Of a DNA stretch of 64,000 nt, positions 60,426-64,000 are shown in pieces (position 1 is the first letter of the stretch; each line of letters begins with the position of its first letter). The notes under the pieces were generated by a model that saw only the letters and a list, made by a program, of their open reading frames with translations, searched no databases and was not told where the DNA came from. Position numbers and translations under genes: made by a program. This DNA is from Tricharina praecox (Eukaryota): the NCBI RefSeq assembly GCF_024521635.1, contig NW_026250412.1:1054001-1118000 (forward strand), read 5' to 3'.

Positions 60426-60625
60426 ACGTGACACTACCGAGTGATATACCGTGCTCCACCCGTCAAGTCAAAAATAAAAACCTTCACCACCTCCGGTGGG
60501 TGGCTTGGAAACCCCTGTTTTCCAGGGAGTCGAGCCGCGAGCTCTCTGCGTAGAGCGGTGGCCTAGCCGACAAGGCCACGTGGGATTTTTGCCGTGCTAG
60601 AAATATGCATTTTACAAATATAAAG
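60426..60625 (-). repeat. Pol III/tRNA-like cassette, subfamily B copy 3
   Basis: GTGGCCTTGTCGGCTAGGCCAC hairpin, GGCTCGACTCC B box, GGGGTTTCCAAGCCACC..GGTGGTGAAGG, TTTTT. Confidence 0.8.
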
Positions 60626-61084
60626 TGGTGTGTGCCCCCCCTCCACCCCCCCGCAAAGCGACGGACCAGGAACAGCGACGAGATGCCGTTCGCCAGCGGC
60701 CGGATCGAAGCCTCTACGTGGTTCTTCCATCTCACACTGCGGTGTCGCCTGTTTCGATACTCCGGGGCACGTGCACTGGCTTCGATGCTTCCGGGAGACC
60801 GATGATGTCGGCGTTTTCCTGATTATTGGTACGGTAGGGGAGACTGCATGTTCCGACTCCACAGTGCTGGGAAGCGCCGGGACGGGCCCACCAGGCATCG
60901 ATCGACCATGGGCCGGCAACGCGACAACCCGGCGACACCTGCACAGAAGAATTCAACGTACGTATGAGATCTCGGCCCGCAGGTCCAGCGTCCGGGGATT
61001 GCTATGCGTCTCCACGCATATAGCATCGACGTGTCGGGTAGGTATGGAAGCACCTCTGCGCCGAGAAGCCCGACTCCCGTGTGT

Positions 61085-61121
<37 letters not shown>

Positions 61122-63492
61122 GCGTCCAGCTTTCGAAGATGTCGACGTCGAATTGCCGTTTGTCGGCTACGATCTGGGTAGTTCTGGGCTCGGATCCATA
61201 GGTGAAGGTTCAAAATCGTGATTAATTCAAGAAAGGAATCTAAGTGCGATGATGATGATATGTACAAGGTGATGATCTGATGATGACCAGAGACCGACCA
61301 CAGGAAGACAGAAGTAGTGACAACAGAGAGAGATAAACGTTGAATGACGGCATTCGGTCTTGATCGGGTCTGGATCGGGTCCCACCAGGTCTCAATAATG
61401 TCTCCTCTCTTTGGCACTCACCGATGACACCAAGCCGCCTCTGCCTCCGCGCCCCTCAGCAACAGGTACGGTAGCAGCCCTGCATGACTCTGCATAAGGA
61501 AGCAGGTACTTGAGTTGTCCCTGTTGTTGGGTTAGGGTTCCCGGCTCAACGTCTGGTATCAGGTTCGGGTCGGAAAAGTAACGAGACAAATAAATCAAAA
61601 GAATAGACGAAACATATTTCAAAATCCCTCGGGTATGTGAGAATCTGGGGCAGCTGATGGAGGTTGTTGCTGACCCAGATGACCGGGCCTTTCAAGGGCC
61701 TGTGACGTGCTTGTCATGGGTAACGTTTAGCGCCTTGGCATCGAGCTATTGGCCAGGAGCTCTCGCCCTGCGAGAGGACCATCACCTTTAACATGTATCT
61801 ACCTTTATGTAGCATCAAACTTCTTCTTCTGAAATATGATGGTCCATCGCGAAACTCCCTCTCTTTCTGTGAAGCCTCGAGGTCTGCCTGTCCGCGAGCT
61901 CTGCTTCTACAACATGGCCACATCATTGTTGGATGAGCGAGTGTTTGTAGAACAGGGTGACGGGTTGTCAGTCCTGCCATCAACACAGCCACGACCAGGC
62001 CTGGCCACGATGCAAAGAGCATATCCGCAGACGTGGCGCGGAACAGAGCCGTGGAACGCAAGTGGAGGTGGAGGGAGGAGGACGACAGAGCTTGTGGTAA
62101 GAGGGACTAGCTACTCGGCGTCCCGGGAGAGAGTGGTGGACCATGGGAAGGTATGGCCCATGGGCTACTGGAGGGTGAAGAGGGGAGGCGCAGCGGAATG
62201 CAGTGAACACTCGCTGTGGAACAGAGTGAGCAACTTCAAACCCGTCGTCTTCTTGCAAATGGGTCTACCGGCCAATGGCATGAACTTCGCGTTGCTGATG
62301 AGTGATTGCCTAAAGTGAGACACGGCCATGACAAGTGGCTCCAGATCTCGATGCCGATTCGTCAAGTTTCGTATTCCGCCTCTCCGGCGAATAGACAGTA
62401 TGTGCACTATGAACGCAGTCAGGACATCTAGGTCGAGCTGGAACACACGTGGCGACAAAAGACAAAATTGCAGATTCACGATATCACACGCGTTATCACC
62501 CATCTACACGTCCAAACCGCCACCAACCTTTGTAGGAATCATTCTACCACTCCAAGCCGCACCCGATATATCGACTTTTCGAATATTCGAAATACTCGGG
62601 AAACCTCTGCACGCGCAACAGTTCCGCTAGCTCTCGTACACAACTTGCTCCGAATACTTGTGGTGACAGCGTTCAGCGGCGATAAAAGGACTACCAACCG
62701 CTTGTCCTTCTACACGGCATCGTGGGTTTAACTTTACTATCTGGGACTGGGACTGTGGGAACGTGGATTGATGGTTGTTAGATTGCCTGTCCTCTGCCGA
62801 GATACCCGAACAGAAAGCGAAGTCAGCGAGGGCTGGATATCTTGATACCTTATTCACCTTGTGTCTGCGTGGTATCGAAAGTGGCGATTGCCGAAGCCAC
62901 GAGGCGCGGTACGGCGTCAAGCTTTGCGGTTCTTTCTACCTAGATGCGGCCCGAGGAGCTGTAGGAACTAGTGAGTTCCAGTGAGTAACCCACTAGCCGG
63001 TCGGTGGACTTGTGGTGGAAGGCTCTGGCGACATTTGGTCGGTAGCGGGTCGAAGCTCTGTATTTATGTCTCTCTTCCTCCTTCTCTCGTAGCTAGAGCT
63101 CCTAGACACAAACACACCACTTCTCTCATCCTTCCACCCCGTGATCTCCACCACCATCGATCCGTTCATTAGGAGCAAGACAACGCGAAAAGTGCTCCAG
63201 GAATTATCCGAGGCACGGCTTTCGATTTACTCCTCAGTCCATACCCTTCACGGGTGATCCACGACGAATGGCTATTGACCGACCACTCGCGGGATACCCA
63301 CGTCTTGAGGATATGGATAGAGGAAGATGCTGTAAGCATTTCGCGCAAAAATTCCTTGATTCCCTTTTGCTAACTCGAGGGATAGGCGTCGACGACGCGA
63401 AAAGGATTTCCGTTTCGACGTTTCAGCCTCGGCCCCGGCCATCTTCCACCCCCACTTCGCCTAAGGGCCACCTACAAACCATTATCATAGTG

Positions 63493-64000
63493 ATGATGTT
63501 TGCCGTCGGACATGTCAGTGCTGTCGGATGGGATGACTTCGCCAACAACCTCGGCATCGACTTGGCACCGTTAATCATGCTGTTCGGGGAGCAGGTGACC
63601 AAGCAGTATCTGGGAGACTCGTTTGGCTGGATCGACAACCTGATATTCGCACTGGCGCCTCTGGGCATCATCACCGCGATGGTGGGGGCCGTCCGAGTGG
63701 GAGGGAGGGCCCAAAGTTGCGGTCACTTATCGGTCGAGCGAAAGAAAGTCGTGGTACTGTGGAAGCCGACTTGATGTCCTCTGTATCAACGGACGTGTGC
63801 GAGTTGTGGAACGGTGAAGGCGTTGTCAGGGTTCTTGGGAAACCGGCCCTGCTCCAGCTCATTTATTTTCCGGAAACACATACGCCAACCAGCAAGGCCG
63901 AGCTCTATACATTACCGGAAGCGATTGAAAAGGGCATTTACATCCGTAAATCCCCGGAAGACGACAATCTCCTCGAGTTTGCGCTTGGGCCAACCGCGAA
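63493..64000 (+). pseudogene. 5' part of a fungal TM/ankyrin-repeat-associated protein with an apparent frameshift
   Basis: GWDDFANNLGIDLAPLIMLFGEQVTKQYL..FALAPLGIITAMVGAVRVGG, then a frame change at ~63705 to GPKLRSLIGRAKESRGTVEADLMSSVSTDVCELWNGEGVVRVLG. Runs off the window. Confidence 0.7.

Noticed and set aside
61088-61119. Poly-G tracts (G32 here, G25 at 30679-30703)
   Set aside because: G/C homopolymers are common throughout the window, nothing indicates a specific function, and their lengths are error-prone.
61700-62630. Protein-coding gene in the 61.7-62.6 kb ORF fragments
   Set aside because: No recognisable motif or consistent frame; at most a decayed gene.

Overview
Eukaryotic DNA from a filamentous ascomycete: short GT-AG introns with CTRAC branch points and fungal-type proteins (Pezizomycetes-like by inference). 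The window has two compartments. 1-39.3 kb is a dense block of mostly conserved genes: Rab6/Ypt6, SF3B1, MPE1, mitochondrial IleRS, SF3A1, clathrin light chain, NOG2, eIF3a, NFS1, PET117, VPS28, a small Tudor/SH3-like protein, GH125, TMEM256, a kinase-like protein and a TRI12-like MFS pump. This block also holds two intron-encoded snoRNAs: a snR191/U19-like H/ACA RNA in NOG2 and a box C/D RNA with a U6-complementary guide in NFS1. 40-64 kb is a repeat-rich accessory compartment with LINE remnants, TIR elements/MITEs, a Plavaka-like transposase fragment, a secreted CBM14 protein, a membrane protein and disrupted genes. The most unusual signal is a family of seven ~200-250 bp cassettes. Each looks like a Pol III transcription unit (A box, B box, covarying hairpins, T-run terminator), with conserved DNA flanks on both sides. 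Two pairs sit as converging inverted repeats around cargo ORFs. All calls were made by eye; no database searches were run.
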